A DNA stretch of 64,000 nt from Candidatus Iainarchaeum sp. (GTDB lineage: Archaea > B1Sed10-29 > WALL01). Of this stretch, positions 28,539 to 38,349 are shown piece after piece. The first letter of the stretch is position 1; each line of letters begins with the position of its first letter. Where the stretch lies: contig JAGMCR010000009.1 in the NCBI GenBank assembly GCA_023129115.1, positions 1 to 64,000 on the forward strand. The letters are read 5' to 3'. Made by a program: the position numbers and the translations under genes. The notes under the pieces are model-generated. The model saw only the letters and a list, made by a program, of their open reading frames with translations, was not told the DNA's origin and did no database searches.

Positions 28539-29168
28539 ATGCTGAGCATGAAGGCGGGGTTTGCGCTTCTCGACAAGTACGGAATCCCCACCGCGAAGTT
28601 CGCCGTCGTGAAGAGAGTTGACGCGGCGGCAAAGGCGGCGAAAAAAATCGGCTACCCCGTGGCGGTGAAGATTGACTCGCCGGACATTGTGCACAAGACA
28701 GAGCGTGGCGTCGTGGCGGCGAACCTGAAAGACGAGGCCGAGCTGCGCGCCGGGGTCAAGAGGGTGCTGAAGCGCGCTGGCAAGGCGAGGGTGAGGGGCA
28801 TCATTGTCCAGGAACACTGCTCGGGGAAGGAAGTCATTATTGGCGGGACGTGCGACGCGCAGTTCGGCGACGTGGTGCTGTTCGGCCTCGGCGGAATCTT
28901 CGTCGAGGTGCTGAAGGACTTTTCTGTCCGCGTAACGCCCATCACCAGGAGGGACGCCAAATCGATGGTGAAGGAAATCCGTGGCTATCCACTTCTTGCC
29001 GGGACGAGGGGGGAGAAGCCCGTGGCAATCCCCACCATCGTGAACACAATTATCAAGGCGTCAAGAATGCTCGAGAGAGAGCCGAAGATAAAGGAGCTTG
29101 ACATCAACCCGCTGTTCGTAGATGAAAAAGGGGTTAAGGCGGCTGACGTGAGAGTGATAACATACTGA
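28539..29168 (+). CDS. acdB: ADP-forming acetyl-CoA synthetase beta subunit (ATP-grasp)
   Basis: GYPVAVK..SPDIVHKTE.GV, FGLGGIFVEV, ELDINPL. Confidence 0.92.
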   Translation: MLSMKAGFALLDKYGIPTAKFAVVKRVDAAAKAAKKIGYPVAVKIDSPDIVHKTERGVVAANLKDEAELRAGVKRVLKRAGKARVRGIIVQEHCSGKEVIIGGTCDAQFGDVVLFGLGGIFVEVLKDFSVRVTPITRRDAKSMVKEIRGYPLLAGTRGEKPVAIPTIVNTIIKASRMLEREPKIKELDINPLFVDEKGVKAADVRVITY

Positions 29169-30538
29169 GCCTCGATGTCGTGTTCAAGCCTAAGAGCGTG
29201 GCGATGGTCGGCGCGTCAGCGACTCCTGGAAAAATCGGGCACGTAATCCTGCAGGGGCTTATGAAGGGGTTCGAGGGGAGGGTTTATCCCGTGAACCCGC
29301 ACGAGGAAGAGATACTCGGGCTCAAGTGCTACCCGAAAGTGGCGGCAATCCCGAAGCAGGTGGATCTCGCGGTCATCGCGGTGCCCGCCAAGCTTGTGCC
29401 ACAGGTGATGAGGGACTGCGGGAAAAAGGGCATGAGGGGCGCGATAATAATCTCGGGCGGGTTCAGCGAGATTGGCAACAAGGCGCTGGAAGACGAAGTG
29501 CGGCGCATAGCGAACAAGAACAAAATTGCAGTCATCGGGCCGAACTGCCTCGGCGTCTACGACTCGTACAGCAAGATGGACACACTGTTCAACCCGCGGT
29601 ACAAGATGGAGCGACCGAGGGAGGGCGGCATATCATTTATATCGCAGTCCGGAGCGGTCGGAGCGGTCGTAATGGACTGGGCCGGCGCAGAAGGGTTCGG
29701 GTTCAGCAAATTCATCTCGTACGGCAACGCGCTGAACATTGACGAGGTCGACCTGCTGGACTACCTCGGCAAGGACCCGAGCACCAAGGTAATATGCATG
29801 TACCTCGAGGGCACGCGCAGGGGCAAGGACTTCATCAAGGCCGCGAAGCGCGTCAGCCTCAAAAAGCCCATCATTGGCCTGAAGGCGGGGAAGAGCGACG
29901 AGGGTGCGAAGGCGGTTGCGTCGCATACGGGCTCACTTGCCGGCACAGCCAGGGTGTGGGAGGCCGCGTTCCGCCAAGCGGGCGTGGTCGAGGCGAGGAG
30001 CATGCCCGAAGTGTTCAACTACGCGCGCGCGTTCGCGGAGCAGCCGCTGCCGAAGGGCGGCAGGGTCGGCATAATCACTAATGGGGGAGGGTTCGGCGTG
30101 CTCGCGACCGACGCGTGCATAGAGAATGGCCTGGAAGTCCCGCCGCTGGCCAAGAAGACCGCGCAGGAAATCCGGAAAAAAGTGCCTTCGTACGCGACCG
30201 TGAAGAACCCGATTGACCTAGTGGGCGACTCGGACTATTTGAGGTATGAGGCCGCCATCAACGCCCTGCTGAAGGACAAGTCAATCGACTCGATACTCTG
30301 CATCGTGCTGTTCCAGACCGCCGACATAGACTCGAGAGTGATAAGCGTGATTTCAGAGGCGAGCGACTTGGCGAAGAAGCCGATAGTCTGCTGCGCAGCC
30401 GGCGGCGAGTACTCGAGGCTGCACAGCCAATTGCTTGAGGAGGCCGGAGTCCCAACGTTCAGCAGCCTCAAGGCGGCGGCTGACACGCTGGCAGCAATAA
30501 CTTATTACGATGAGTTCAGGAAGTCTGTCCGGAAATAA
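29165..30538 (+). CDS. acdA: ADP-forming acetyl-CoA synthetase alpha subunit (possible CTG start at 29165; otherwise GTG at 29180)
   Basis: FKPKSVAMVGAS, GPNCLG, SHTGSLAG phospho-His motif, NPIDL. Confidence 0.93.
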   Translation: MSLDVVFKPKSVAMVGASATPGKIGHVILQGLMKGFEGRVYPVNPHEEEILGLKCYPKVAAIPKQVDLAVIAVPAKLVPQVMRDCGKKGMRGAIIISGGFSEIGNKALEDEVRRIANKNKIAVIGPNCLGVYDSYSKMDTLFNPRYKMERPREGGISFISQSGAVGAVVMDWAGAEGFGFSKFISYGNALNIDEVDLLDYLGKDPSTKVICMYLEGTRRGKDFIKAAKRVSLKKPIIGLKAGKSDEGAKAVASHTGSLAGTARVWEAAFRQAGVVEARSMPEVFNYARAFAEQPLPKGGRVGIITNGGGFGVLATDACIENGLEVPPLAKKTAQEIRKKVPSYATVKNPIDLVGDSDYLRYEAAINALLKDKSIDSILCIVLFQTADIDSRVISVISEASDLAKKPIVCCAAGGEYSRLHSQLLEEAGVPTFSSLKAAADTLAAITYYDEFRKSVRK

Positions 30539-31700
30539 TTTTCCGCGCTTCCTCTTCCTTTCCTTCCACGAGCAGCGGCAGCAGGTCAGGGGCGCGGGGG
30601 CCGGAGTAGCCGGCCTGCTCAAGGTTTTTCTCGAGGATGGAGAGGCCGATTTCGTCAATGCTTTTCTTTGCCTGGGCCTCGCGGAGTATCTCTATTTTTT
30701 TCTTGAAGTGCTCGGACTCGGCCGTGCTGTCGACGCTGATGACAAGGGAGTCGAAGCCGCGCGTGATGTCTGCAGTGCTCAGGAAAGAGCCGGGCGGGAG
30801 CGAGCCCGTGACCTTCAGCTTGACGAGGGGGTGCGGGTTGTGCGGCCTGATGCCCTCGAGGAGCTCGCGGGCCTTGCGCACAGTTTCTGCGGCATCGCCG
30901 GTCGCCTTGAGCTCGAGGCAGTAGAGCTTCCTCGGCGTGTCGAGCGATTCGGACGAGAGCTCACCTGTAGCGGTGTCGTAGAACCAGACGCGCTTCGGGT
31001 GCTCTGACTCGGACTTTATCATCTGTGTGATTATGGTGCTGCCCGGGTGGAGCAAAGTCTTGCCGTCCTTCTGCTTCACGTCGCCGGTGTGGACGTGGCC
31101 ATTTATGTATAGGTCGAAGCCGTCTGGGAGGTCGCCCATCGAGAGGAAGGCGGCGTCTTCGTAGACGTATTCCCTAAAGCTCTGGTGCAGGACGAGTATG
31201 TTGACGGCGCCGGGCAGCGGCTTGAAGCTGCATTCTTTGAGTGCGAGGGGCGCGTACTGTTCGGGCACGCCGCCCATGCCGTGGATGGCGACGCTTTCGC
31301 CCTGCCTGGAGATGATGACAGCGTCGTTGTGTGCGGCCACGCACAAGCCCGCGGCCTCGAGGAGCTGGACAGGGTTCGTGAGCCCCCTGGCGCGCCGCTC
31401 GTGCGTGCCGTGTATTGCGACGACTGGAGTGCCCATGCTGGCCGGGACTTCCCTGCCCGAGCGGAAGCCGGTGATTGCGGCGGGGCTGTGGGACGAGTGC
31501 ACAAGACGCAGGACGCGCATGGCCTTGTCCATGACCTCTGGCTTGGGCACGCGGGAGTCGAAGATGTCGCCCGGGAGGATTATGGCGTCGGCGTCAAGGC
31601 ACTTGGCGATTGCCTCGCGGCCCTGGACAAAAGAGTCTTCCTGGCGCTCGGTGCCCCACGCGTAGCCGAAGTGCATGTCACTGGCGATGGCTATTTTCAT
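30516..31700 (-). CDS. mre11: Mre11/SbcD-family nuclease
   Basis: SDMHFG, GDIFD, HGTHE, LHQ, GHVH, PGS. Confidence 0.88.
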   Translation of the reverse strand: MKIAIASDMHFGYAWGTERQEDSFVQGREAIAKCLDADAIILPGDIFDSRVPKPEVMDKAMRVLRLVHSSHSPAAITGFRSGREVPASMGTPVVAIHGTHERRARGLTNPVQLLEAAGLCVAAHNDAVIISRQGESVAIHGMGGVPEQYAPLALKECSFKPLPGAVNILVLHQSFREYVYEDAAFLSMGDLPDGFDLYINGHVHTGDVKQKDGKTLLHPGSTIITQMIKSESEHPKRVWFYDTATGELSSESLDTPRKLYCLELKATGDAAETVRKARELLEGIRPHNPHPLVKLKVTGSLPPGSFLSTADITRGFDSLVISVDSTAESEHFKKKIEILREAQAKKSIDEIGLSILEKNLEQAGYSGPRAPDLLPLLVEGKEEEARKIISGQTS

Positions 31701-31726
31701 CGAGAAGAGTTAGGCAGAAGAGAGTA

Positions 31727-32698
31727 TTAAAGGGTTTTGATGAACTTCTGTGTCTTGGAGACGCAAATGGAAAGGGCGTCGTCGAGCGCGTCTGGGTTCA
31801 CGCCGTTGGCCCCGGCGGCTGCTGCGTGGCCGCCCGCGTCGCCGCCTATTAGTTCGGCTATTGAGGGTAGGATGTCGCGCCCCAGGTGCAGGCCTTTTTT
31901 GACTAGGTCGTCCCTGGCACGCGCGCTTATGCGGGCCTCGCCCTCTTTTGCCGCCGCGACGAACGAGACGTCGGCGCCAAGGCGAAGCAGTGAGCGGGCC
32001 ACGCTGCCCTCGAACGAGCTTACGTGGCTGGCCACGATTATGTAGCCGCCCTCGCGCGTTATCTTGAGGCGCTGCGCGCCCTTGAGCCGCGCGATTTTCT
32101 CTGCCTGCTCGCGGGGGGCGGCAATCAGCTTCAGGACTTCCTGAAAAGAAGCTTTTGTCTCGGTGAGCGACTCGGCGAGCACGCCGAAGGCCTCTGGCGT
32201 TGCCGCGATGAAGTTCGCGGAGTCCGTCACTATGCCCGCGCACACCGCGAGTGCAGTTTCTTTGGTCAGCGGCTCATCCATTTCCTTCAGGAGGGAATAA
32301 ATGATTTGTGTGGTGGAGACTGCAGCCTCGTCGATTATGCACTCGTCGAACCCCTTCATCACGCCGTCTTTGGGCGAGTGGTGGTCAATCAAGATTTTCT
32401 TGGCCTTGGACTTCTTGACTGAGTCCAGGTCGAAGAGGGACGGCGAGTTTGTGTCCAGCACGATTATGCAGTCCACAGAGAAGTCGGGCTCCGTGATTTC
32501 AAGGCCGAACACACTGGCAAAGTCGGCTATCTGGCCGTTGACCGCGCCCTCGGCCGATATAGTTACTTTCTTTTTCCTGCGCTTGAGGGCGAGTGCGAGT
32601 GCGGCCGCTGACGCGATGCTGTCTATGTCGGGAGAACGGTGCGGCAGCAAAAGAAATGAGTTGGATTCCTTGATTAAGGAAACTGCTTTCTTACTCAT
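31727..32698 (-). CDS. DHH/DHHA1 phosphoesterase
   Basis: H.SPDIDS, LDT, IDHH, GGH..AAGA. Confidence 0.9.
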   Translation of the reverse strand: MSKKAVSLIKESNSFLLLPHRSPDIDSIASAAALALALKRRKKKVTISAEGAVNGQIADFASVFGLEITEPDFSVDCIIVLDTNSPSLFDLDSVKKSKAKKILIDHHSPKDGVMKGFDECIIDEAAVSTTQIIYSLLKEMDEPLTKETALAVCAGIVTDSANFIAATPEAFGVLAESLTETKASFQEVLKLIAAPREQAEKIARLKGAQRLKITREGGYIIVASHVSSFEGSVARSLLRLGADVSFVAAAKEGEARISARARDDLVKKGLHLGRDILPSIAELIGGDAGGHAAAAGANGVNPDALDDALSICVSKTQKFIKTL

Positions 32699-33014
32699 TC
32701 TTTTCAGACTCGCGGAGCTTCTTCTGCAGCTCTTCGAGGCGCTTCTTCAGCTTTTCTTCCTGTGGGGCCAGCTTCGCCAGATCCTCGGTCGCCTGCTTCT
32801 TCTGCTCCTCGAGGCGCTTTGTGACATCGTCCTTGGTGCTCTCGATGAGCACGGCGCCGGTGGCGAAGTAGACCTTGCCGGTGGCGTTCTCGAGCTCCTT
32901 GAGAGTCGCGTCCATTTCAGCGTTCCTTGCTTCAAGGGCCTGCTTCTGCAGCGCCACCATTTGGTATTGCTGGCTGTAGGCCCGGTACTCTTGCATCTCT
33001 TCTTCGGTTGGCAT
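32691..33014 (-). CDS. pfdB: Prefoldin beta subunit
   Basis: Coiled coil - VY..TGAVLIE - coiled coil; superoperon position. Confidence 0.88.
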   Translation of the reverse strand: MPTEEEMQEYRAYSQQYQMVALQKQALEARNAEMDATLKELENATGKVYFATGAVLIESTKDDVTKRLEEQKKQATEDLAKLAPQEEKLKKRLEELQKKLRESEKNE

Positions 33015-33020
33015 ATTGTT

Positions 33021-33242
33021 TCACCTCATTACTGACAGGCACGCGTCGAGCAGCCGGAGGCTGCTGTTTGCCGACGCGCGGATGGCGACATTGTCGTCGC
33101 CGTGAATGTCAATCCTTATTTTTTTCCCTTGCGGGGCGAAGGCAATCGTGCCCCGCTTTGGCTTCGCGTCTGCCGCGAGGGCCTTCGCGATGGCCCTGGC
33201 CTTTTTTTCTTCGCCCGTGTCGACCTCGATTTCGAGCCTCAT
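33021..33242 (-). CDS. pcc1: KEOPS subunit Pcc1
   Basis: 73 aa, D..AIRASANS.LRLL; ATG at 33242. Confidence 0.8.
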   Translation of the reverse strand: MRLEIEVDTGEEKKARAIAKALAADAKPKRGTIAFAPQGKKIRIDIHGDDNVAIRASANSSLRLLDACLSVMR

Positions 33243-33697
33243 GCTTTTTCCTTCCTGAGGTGAAGCCGCGGCCCGACTTCCGCGCCGCCCTGGATGAATG
33301 TTATTGCGTCCTTGTTCGCGGAAAGCACTGTGTCGCTTTCCCCTGGCTCGACGCCGAGCGCCTCGGCGAACCCGATTTCGTCTTCCACTGCAAGCGCGTC
33401 CGGCCTCTTGGATCGGCCGAACTCGCGCCCGAGCCTCACGCCCTTGATGGGGAACTCCTTGCCCCACTCCCAGCCGGCCTCGTCCACTTCAAGGACGCGT
33501 ATGGAGCTGGGGTTGCCGTGCCGCCCCGTGACGACCGCCACAACCGAATAGCCCTCCTGGCGGGCCTTTTCGGCTACGGAGTCGATGGGCTGCTTGCCCC
33601 TCGTGAGCGAGACAGAGCCGGGGATTAGCCGGGCCATCTCTTTCACGAGCGAGCGCACCCGGGCACATGGCTTCCGTGAAGTCGTGAACAGTGGCAT
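33239..33697 (-). CDS. Brix/Imp4-domain ribosome biogenesis protein
   Basis: TTSRKP..VRSL, RGK, GNPSSI, VGP. Confidence 0.88.
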   Translation of the reverse strand: MPLFTTSRKPCARVRSLVKEMARLIPGSVSLTRGKQPIDSVAEKARQEGYSVVAVVTGRHGNPSSIRVLEVDEAGWEWGKEFPIKGVRLGREFGRSKRPDALAVEDEIGFAEALGVEPGESDTVLSANKDAITFIQGGAEVGPRLHLRKEKA

Positions 33698-33826
33698 TCA
33701 CACAGCCTGCACTTTCTTTGCGAGTGGGGGGCGCTCCTTTGTGATTATCTTGTGGCCGCAGTAAGGGCACGTCACGAACTTTTCCACGTCGTCAATCTTT
33801 TTTCCGCAGTTCTGGCACGTGTACAT
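33698..33826 (-). CDS. rpoP: RNA polymerase subunit P/Rpo12 (absent from ORF track)
   Basis: MYTCQNCGK...TCPYCGHKIITKERP. Confidence 0.92.
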   Translation of the reverse strand: MYTCQNCGKKIDDVEKFVTCPYCGHKIITKERPPLAKKVQAV

Positions 33827-34393
33827 CTACTTCGCCTCCTCTTCGGCTGGCTCTTCCTCTTCTTCAGGGTTTTCCTCACCAGAAGAACTGGGAGAGTCGC
33901 CAGTTGGCGACTCCCCGGTTGGAACGTTCTCCGGCTCTTCGGTTGGAGAGTCTTCTGCCTTTTCGGCTGTGGCTTCGGTTGGCTCGGCTGCCTTCTTGGC
34001 TTTCTTCTTGGCTTTCTTCTTGGCTTTCTTCTTGGCTGTCTTCTTCTTCGGAGCCGCCGCTTTCTTCGGCTCTTCTTTTTCTTCGACTGCCTCGTAGGCA
34101 GCGATGATTTCTTCCTTGGCCGCGCCCTGGACAGCGCGCTGGCTTATCCTGCCGACGTCTGTTTGGGGGGCGTACGCGCCGCCGGCCAGCTTGGTCCTGC
34201 ACTTGGTGCACTCCCAGATGCCGGTCGAGACGCGCTTCAGCGAGACCTTGCCGCACTGCGGGCACTTGTGCTTGGACTTGGCCTTAGCCTCCGCCTTTCG
34301 CACGTTCTCGCGGATTTTCCTTCCGTAGCGCGCGCCGTACCTTCCGGCTATGCCGACCTTCTTGGTCTTCCTCAGCCTCTTCCTTGTGGCCAT
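33827..34393 (-). CDS. rpl37ae: 50S ribosomal protein L37Ae with about 100-aa Lys-rich then acidic C-terminal extension
   Basis: GRYGARYG, CPQCGK, GIWECTKC, GGAY; ATG at 34393. Confidence 0.95.
   Translation of the reverse strand: MATRKRLRKTKKVGIAGRYGARYGRKIRENVRKAEAKAKSKHKCPQCGKVSLKRVSTGIWECTKCRTKLAGGAYAPQTDVGRISQRAVQGAAKEEIIAAYEAVEEKEEPKKAAAPKKKTAKKKAKKKAKKKAKKAAEPTEATAEKAEDSPTEEPENVPTGESPTGDSPSSSGEENPEEEEEPAEEEAK
33886..33920. repeat. G/C-tract hairpin element in frame within L37Ae tail
   Basis: AACTGGGAGAGTCGCCAGTTGGCGACTCCCCGGTT, close sequence relative of 43-78. Confidence 0.7.
33992..34037. repeat. 12-bp tandem repeat (about 3.8 copies) encoding AKKK
   Basis: CTTCTTGGCTTT x3 plus partial copy. 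Confidence 0.9.
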
Positions 34394-34404
34394 GCCAAAC
34401 CGCC

Positions 34405-35187
34405 TCACAATAGCTTTGTCAGTTCCTTTGACTTCTTGAAGGACATGTCGACGAGCTCGTCGATTTCCTTCATTGTGAAAGAGCCGTTCCCGCCCTTCTG
34501 CATGGCGCATATCCTGTCGCCGACCGTTGCCACGGTGAGCCTGGCGTCAAGCGCCTTGTCCTCGCCGAGCGACGGGTCGAGCATCAGCATGTCGCCAATC
34601 TTGAAGAAAGTGCACTCCACTGGCTTCTTCTGCACCGACAGCTTGCCCTTCGTCTCCTCGCGGATGACTTTGCCGTCCTCGTACTTCGGCATCTTCGTGT
34701 TCAGCAGGGCCGAAATCGCGGCCAATGCGAACGCGTCGAACAAGTTGCCGTTGTAGTCCAGGACATGCAGGTCAAGTATCACCATCCAGACCTCTTCGCC
34801 TTCTGTGACGCAGAGCTTTTCGAAGTCAAGGGTCCCGGACTCACGGATTCCGCGGTCCACGACTCTCGCGTACTCTACGGCGTTCGGCCTAGGCGGGCCG
34901 GACTCGAACATCGGCGACGCGATTGGCGTCAGCTCAACGCTCGTCATCAGCGTTCCTGCGTTCAGCTTGTCGGGGTAGGGCGTGCCCATCACGAGGCTTA
35001 CGCCCGCGATGACTTCCGTCTTCCCGAGCCTCACGCGGGTCGAGCCGAGGGCGTTGGGTATGTAGCCGTTCTCGAGCTCTATTTTCCTGTACTCGAACGG
35101 CTTGCGCTTGTCTTCCCTCATCTTTTTCTTCGCCAAGTGGCGGGTGTAGTCAGTCTTTATTTCCCATGAAATGTCTTCAACAGTCAT
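34405..35187 (-). CDS. rrp42: Exosome subunit Rrp42
   Basis: [30 protein letters not shown]. Confidence 0.95.
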   Translation of the reverse strand: MTVEDISWEIKTDYTRHLAKKKMREDKRKPFEYRKIELENGYIPNALGSTRVRLGKTEVIAGVSLVMGTPYPDKLNAGTLMTSVELTPIASPMFESGPPRPNAVEYARVVDRGIRESGTLDFEKLCVTEGEEVWMVILDLHVLDYNGNLFDAFALAAISALLNTKMPKYEDGKVIREETKGKLSVQKKPVECTFFKIGDMLMLDPSLGEDKALDARLTVATVGDRICAMQKGGNGSFTMKEIDELVDMSFKKSKELTKLL

Positions 35188-35915
35188 TCCTTGCCACCCC
35201 CTTTCTTGAAGCGCTCAGTAAGTGCCTTCTTCTGCAGCTCATAGATTTGCTTGGCTGCCTTGACAGACATGTCAATTGCCTCCTTGAACTCTTCCTTTGT
35301 CAGGTCACCGTCCATCTGCAGCAGAACGATTTCCTCGCTGTGCGGCAGGATGGCGATTGGCACGTCGGCCTGGCCGAAGTTGTCCTCTTTTTTGCCCAGG
35401 TCAAGCACGACGGTGTCGTCGATTTTGCCTGCGGCGCATGACACAATCAGGTCCCTCATGGGGAGCCCGGCGTCGGCTGCGGCGACCGCGGCCGCGGTAA
35501 GCGCGGCGCAGCGCGTGCCCGCATCTGCCTGGAGGACTTCCACGAACACGTTAATCATTGTGTTGGGGAACTTCTCTACCTCGATGACTCTCTCGAGCGC
35601 CTCTGCCGAGATTTTGCTTATCTCGGTGGACCTGCGGTCGGGGCCCGGCCTCTTCCGGTCGTCCACAGAAAATGGCGCCATGTTGTAGCGGTAGGTGAGG
35701 TATGCCTTGTAGGGGCTGGACCTGTGCCTCGGGAGGCACTCGCGCGGGCCGTAGACGCCTGCGATTACCTTGTTCCCACCCCACTCCAAATAAGCGGAGC
35801 CATTAGCGTTGTCGAGCACTCCTGCCTTGATTGTTATCGGCCTGAGCTCGTCGGGCTTTCTCCCGTCCAAGCGCTTTCCGTTTTTTATTAGTTTCAAATC
35901 ACTTTTCATTCCCAT
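35184..35915 (-). CDS. rrp41: Exosome subunit Rrp41
   Basis: [34 protein letters not shown]. Confidence 0.96.
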   Translation of the reverse strand: MGMKSDLKLIKNGKRLDGRKPDELRPITIKAGVLDNANGSAYLEWGGNKVIAGVYGPRECLPRHRSSPYKAYLTYRYNMAPFSVDDRKRPGPDRRSTEISKISAEALERVIEVEKFPNTMINVFVEVLQADAGTRCAALTAAAVAAADAGLPMRDLIVSCAAGKIDDTVVLDLGKKEDNFGQADVPIAILPHSEEIVLLQMDGDLTKEEFKEAIDMSVKAAKQIYELQKKALTERFKKGGGKE

Positions 35916-36531
35916 CTTTTCCACCTGTCTCCAATAGTTTCTTTATCCTGTCTGTAAGTCCTTTAGTGTGAGCCTCGCGCTCTATGAGGCGGATGGCCGC
36001 CTCGGCGCGAGCGATGTCCTCTTCTTCTCCCTTGATGTATATCCGGCCGTTGCGGCCGACGAATATCCTGCAGTTGCTCCCCGCCGCCAGGGTCTCGACC
36101 ATGGACGCCTGCCTGCCGACGATGCGGGGTATCTTGACCGGGGAAACGTTAATCAGCTTGCCGCCGTACAGCGGCTTCGCGAAGTCAAGGTCCATCTTGT
36201 TGATTTCGTTGACGTGCTTGATTTCCATTATCATGAGGTCGCCGATTTTGTACTCCCTGTCGCCGAAAAACGATAGGTAGCCGGTGTATGCCGAGTTTAT
36301 GTCGACGAAGCAGCCCTTGCCCATGAGGCCCTCGATGATGCCAATCACGTGGTCGCCCTCGCGCGGCATGTACCTGCCGTTGAGCGGGACTACTTTGGCG
36401 AATCCCTTGGACGTGTCCACAAGGCCCATGACGTCCGCATAAACGCCGTCCTTTTTCTTGAAGGTCCCGTGTCCAGCCCTCAGCTCTTTTCCTCCAGCGA
36501 TTTTTTCGCCGGGAATAACTACTTCACGCAT
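35899..36531 (-). CDS. rrp4: Exosome RNA-binding subunit Rrp4
   Basis: [28 protein letters not shown]. Confidence 0.93.
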   Translation of the reverse strand: MREVVIPGEKIAGGKELRAGHGTFKKKDGVYADVMGLVDTSKGFAKVVPLNGRYMPREGDHVIGIIEGLMGKGCFVDINSAYTGYLSFFGDREYKIGDLMIMEIKHVNEINKMDLDFAKPLYGGKLINVSPVKIPRIVGRQASMVETLAAGSNCRIFVGRNGRIYIKGEEEDIARAEAAIRLIEREAHTKGLTDRIKKLLETGGKDGNEK

Positions 36532-36555
36532 TTCTCTCTTCCTTCCCAACAAAAC

Positions 36556-37251
36556 TTAGATTGTTTCTATTAGCTTGGTTTCTACCGAGCCATGGGTTGA
36601 TGAATTAAGCTTATCATAAACAGCCGACTGCATTCCCGCCGGCATTTCGACGACTGCCACGAGTGAGCCGTCGTTCTTCCACTCCTCTTTCACCCTCTTC
36701 AGGTCGTGCAAGAGCCCGTAGACCTTGCCCGTGTACTGCGGCGGCACGCGGATTTCGACGCGGACCAGCGCGAACTTGATTGGCAGCACGGGCCGCAGCT
36801 TCTCGACGACTTCGTCGACCTGCCGCGACGTGGCCTTTACGGGGTCGATGTGCACCTTCGCCTCGTCCATCGCCTTCTCGATTCGGGCGGGCGGGTGCGG
36901 CGTGTTGCTCCTCGGGTCAATCGCGTTCTGGGCGATTGCATTGATTATCTGCTTTTTCTTGGCCTTGATGAGCTCCTTCCGCTGCTCCGTCGTCATCTGG
37001 ATTTCGCCTTTCGCGATTATCCTCTTCGCGACCTTGTCGAAGTCCGTGGTGCCGAACGACTCCTTCAGGGCCTCTTCGCTGGCCTTCTCCGCCTTGGACG
37101 CGTCGCGGTAGACCTCGTCCGAGGCCACCCAGTCCCTGACCGGGAGGTCTTTCTCCTTTGCCTCTGCCGCCATCTCGGGGTCCACGAGTATCTCGAAGTG
37201 GTGGCCGTGCGTCGTGAGCCTTGCGATGACAGCGTCGTCCAGTGAAATCAT
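36556..37251 (-). CDS. Ribosome maturation factor SBDS/Sdo1
   Basis: ARL...G.HFEILVDP, PHPPARIE; ATG at 37251. Confidence 0.95.
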   Translation of the reverse strand: MISLDDAVIARLTTHGHHFEILVDPEMAAEAKEKDLPVRDWVASDEVYRDASKAEKASEEALKESFGTTDFDKVAKRIIAKGEIQMTTEQRKELIKAKKKQIINAIAQNAIDPRSNTPHPPARIEKAMDEAKVHIDPVKATSRQVDEVVEKLRPVLPIKFALVRVEIRVPPQYTGKVYGLLHDLKRVKEEWKNDGSLVAVVEMPAGMQSAVYDKLNSSTHGSVETKLIETI

Positions 37252-37964
37252 TACTTTCCCTTCAATGCCTTCTTTATCTCGTCCTGCGTCATCTTGACGA
37301 ACTTCCTGTCCGCCGCAGAAACATAGGAAATCGCGATTGTGTCCGCCGACGCGGACTTGCCGCCCGCCCTCTTGAGCGCCTTGAGCGCCAGCTTTATCGC
37401 GTCGTCGCGCGACGCCTGGGCGCTGTACTCCTTCTCGAACAATGCCTCGACCTCTTTCTTGTTGGAGCCGATGGCCACGGCAAATACTTCGCTGAACGCG
37501 CCGCTGGGGTCTGTCTCGAAGAGCTTTGCCCCCGAGTCGTCGACGCCCATTATGAGGAGAGACGTCCCGAACGGCCTCGTGCCGCCGTACTGCGTGTACA
37601 TCTGCTTGAGGTCGCACACGTCCTTGGTGAGCACCTCGATGCGCACCGGCTCGTTGTACGCGACTTTCTCGCGCTGCGCCTCGACGCGGGCGTAATGGAT
37701 TAGCCTGCGCGCGTCGGCGACCAGGCCCGAAGTGGCTGCGCCGACGTGCTCGTCAATCTTGAATATTTTTTCTATGGACGCTGCCTTGACGAGGCGCGTC
37801 TTAAGGTTCTTGTCTGTCGCGAGGAGCACGCCGTCGCCGTAAACAATGCCGATTGCGGTCGTGCCGCGCTTGACTGCCTCGCGGGCGTACTCTACCTGGA
37901 ACAGCCTGCCGTCAGGTGAGAATACAGTGATTGCCCTATCATATGCTGAAGAAGCTGGATACAT
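37251..37964 (-). CDS. psmA: Proteasome alpha subunit
   Basis: YDRAITVFSPDGRLFQVEYA. Confidence 0.97.
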   Translation of the reverse strand: MYPASSAYDRAITVFSPDGRLFQVEYAREAVKRGTTAIGIVYGDGVLLATDKNLKTRLVKAASIEKIFKIDEHVGAATSGLVADARRLIHYARVEAQREKVAYNEPVRIEVLTKDVCDLKQMYTQYGGTRPFGTSLLIMGVDDSGAKLFETDPSGAFSEVFAVAIGSNKKEVEALFEKEYSAQASRDDAIKLALKALKRAGGKSASADTIAISYVSAADRKFVKMTQDEIKKALKGK

Positions 37965-38025
37965 TACTAAAACACCCCATTTTCCTTTTTTCTCTTAATT
38001 CGGCGTATATTACAATTCAAGCCCT

Positions 38026-38349
38026 TTAAATACCTTTGGCTTTCCGGATTGTCTTGAGCGTGCCGGACACGCTTAAAACCGTGATTCTCGCCTTTTCTCC
38101 CTTTATTTGGCCCACGAAGGCCAGGGCGATGAGGATATTGTCGAGCCATTCGTGGGTGCACCTGCAGATTCCAACACCCTTTTCGTACTCGATTATCGAG
38201 AAGTTGGCGCGTGCGTAGCCGTCCTCGCCGAACAGCGAGAGGACCGAGTTGCTGATGGCCTGGGAAACGTCTTTTTCAGTGGTGGGGCCGTGGACCTTGA
38301 ACTCTATGTAGCGGCGCTTCTCGCGGAGAGTCGGGGGGAACGGCTTCAT
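38026..38349 (-). CDS. rnp2: RNase P protein Pop5/Rpp14
   Basis: PPTLREKRRYI, VSGTLK. Confidence 0.92.
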   Translation of the reverse strand: MKPFPPTLREKRRYIEFKVHGPTTEKDVSQAISNSVLSLFGEDGYARANFSIIEYEKGVGICRCTHEWLDNILIALAFVGQIKGEKARITVLSVSGTLKTIRKAKGI

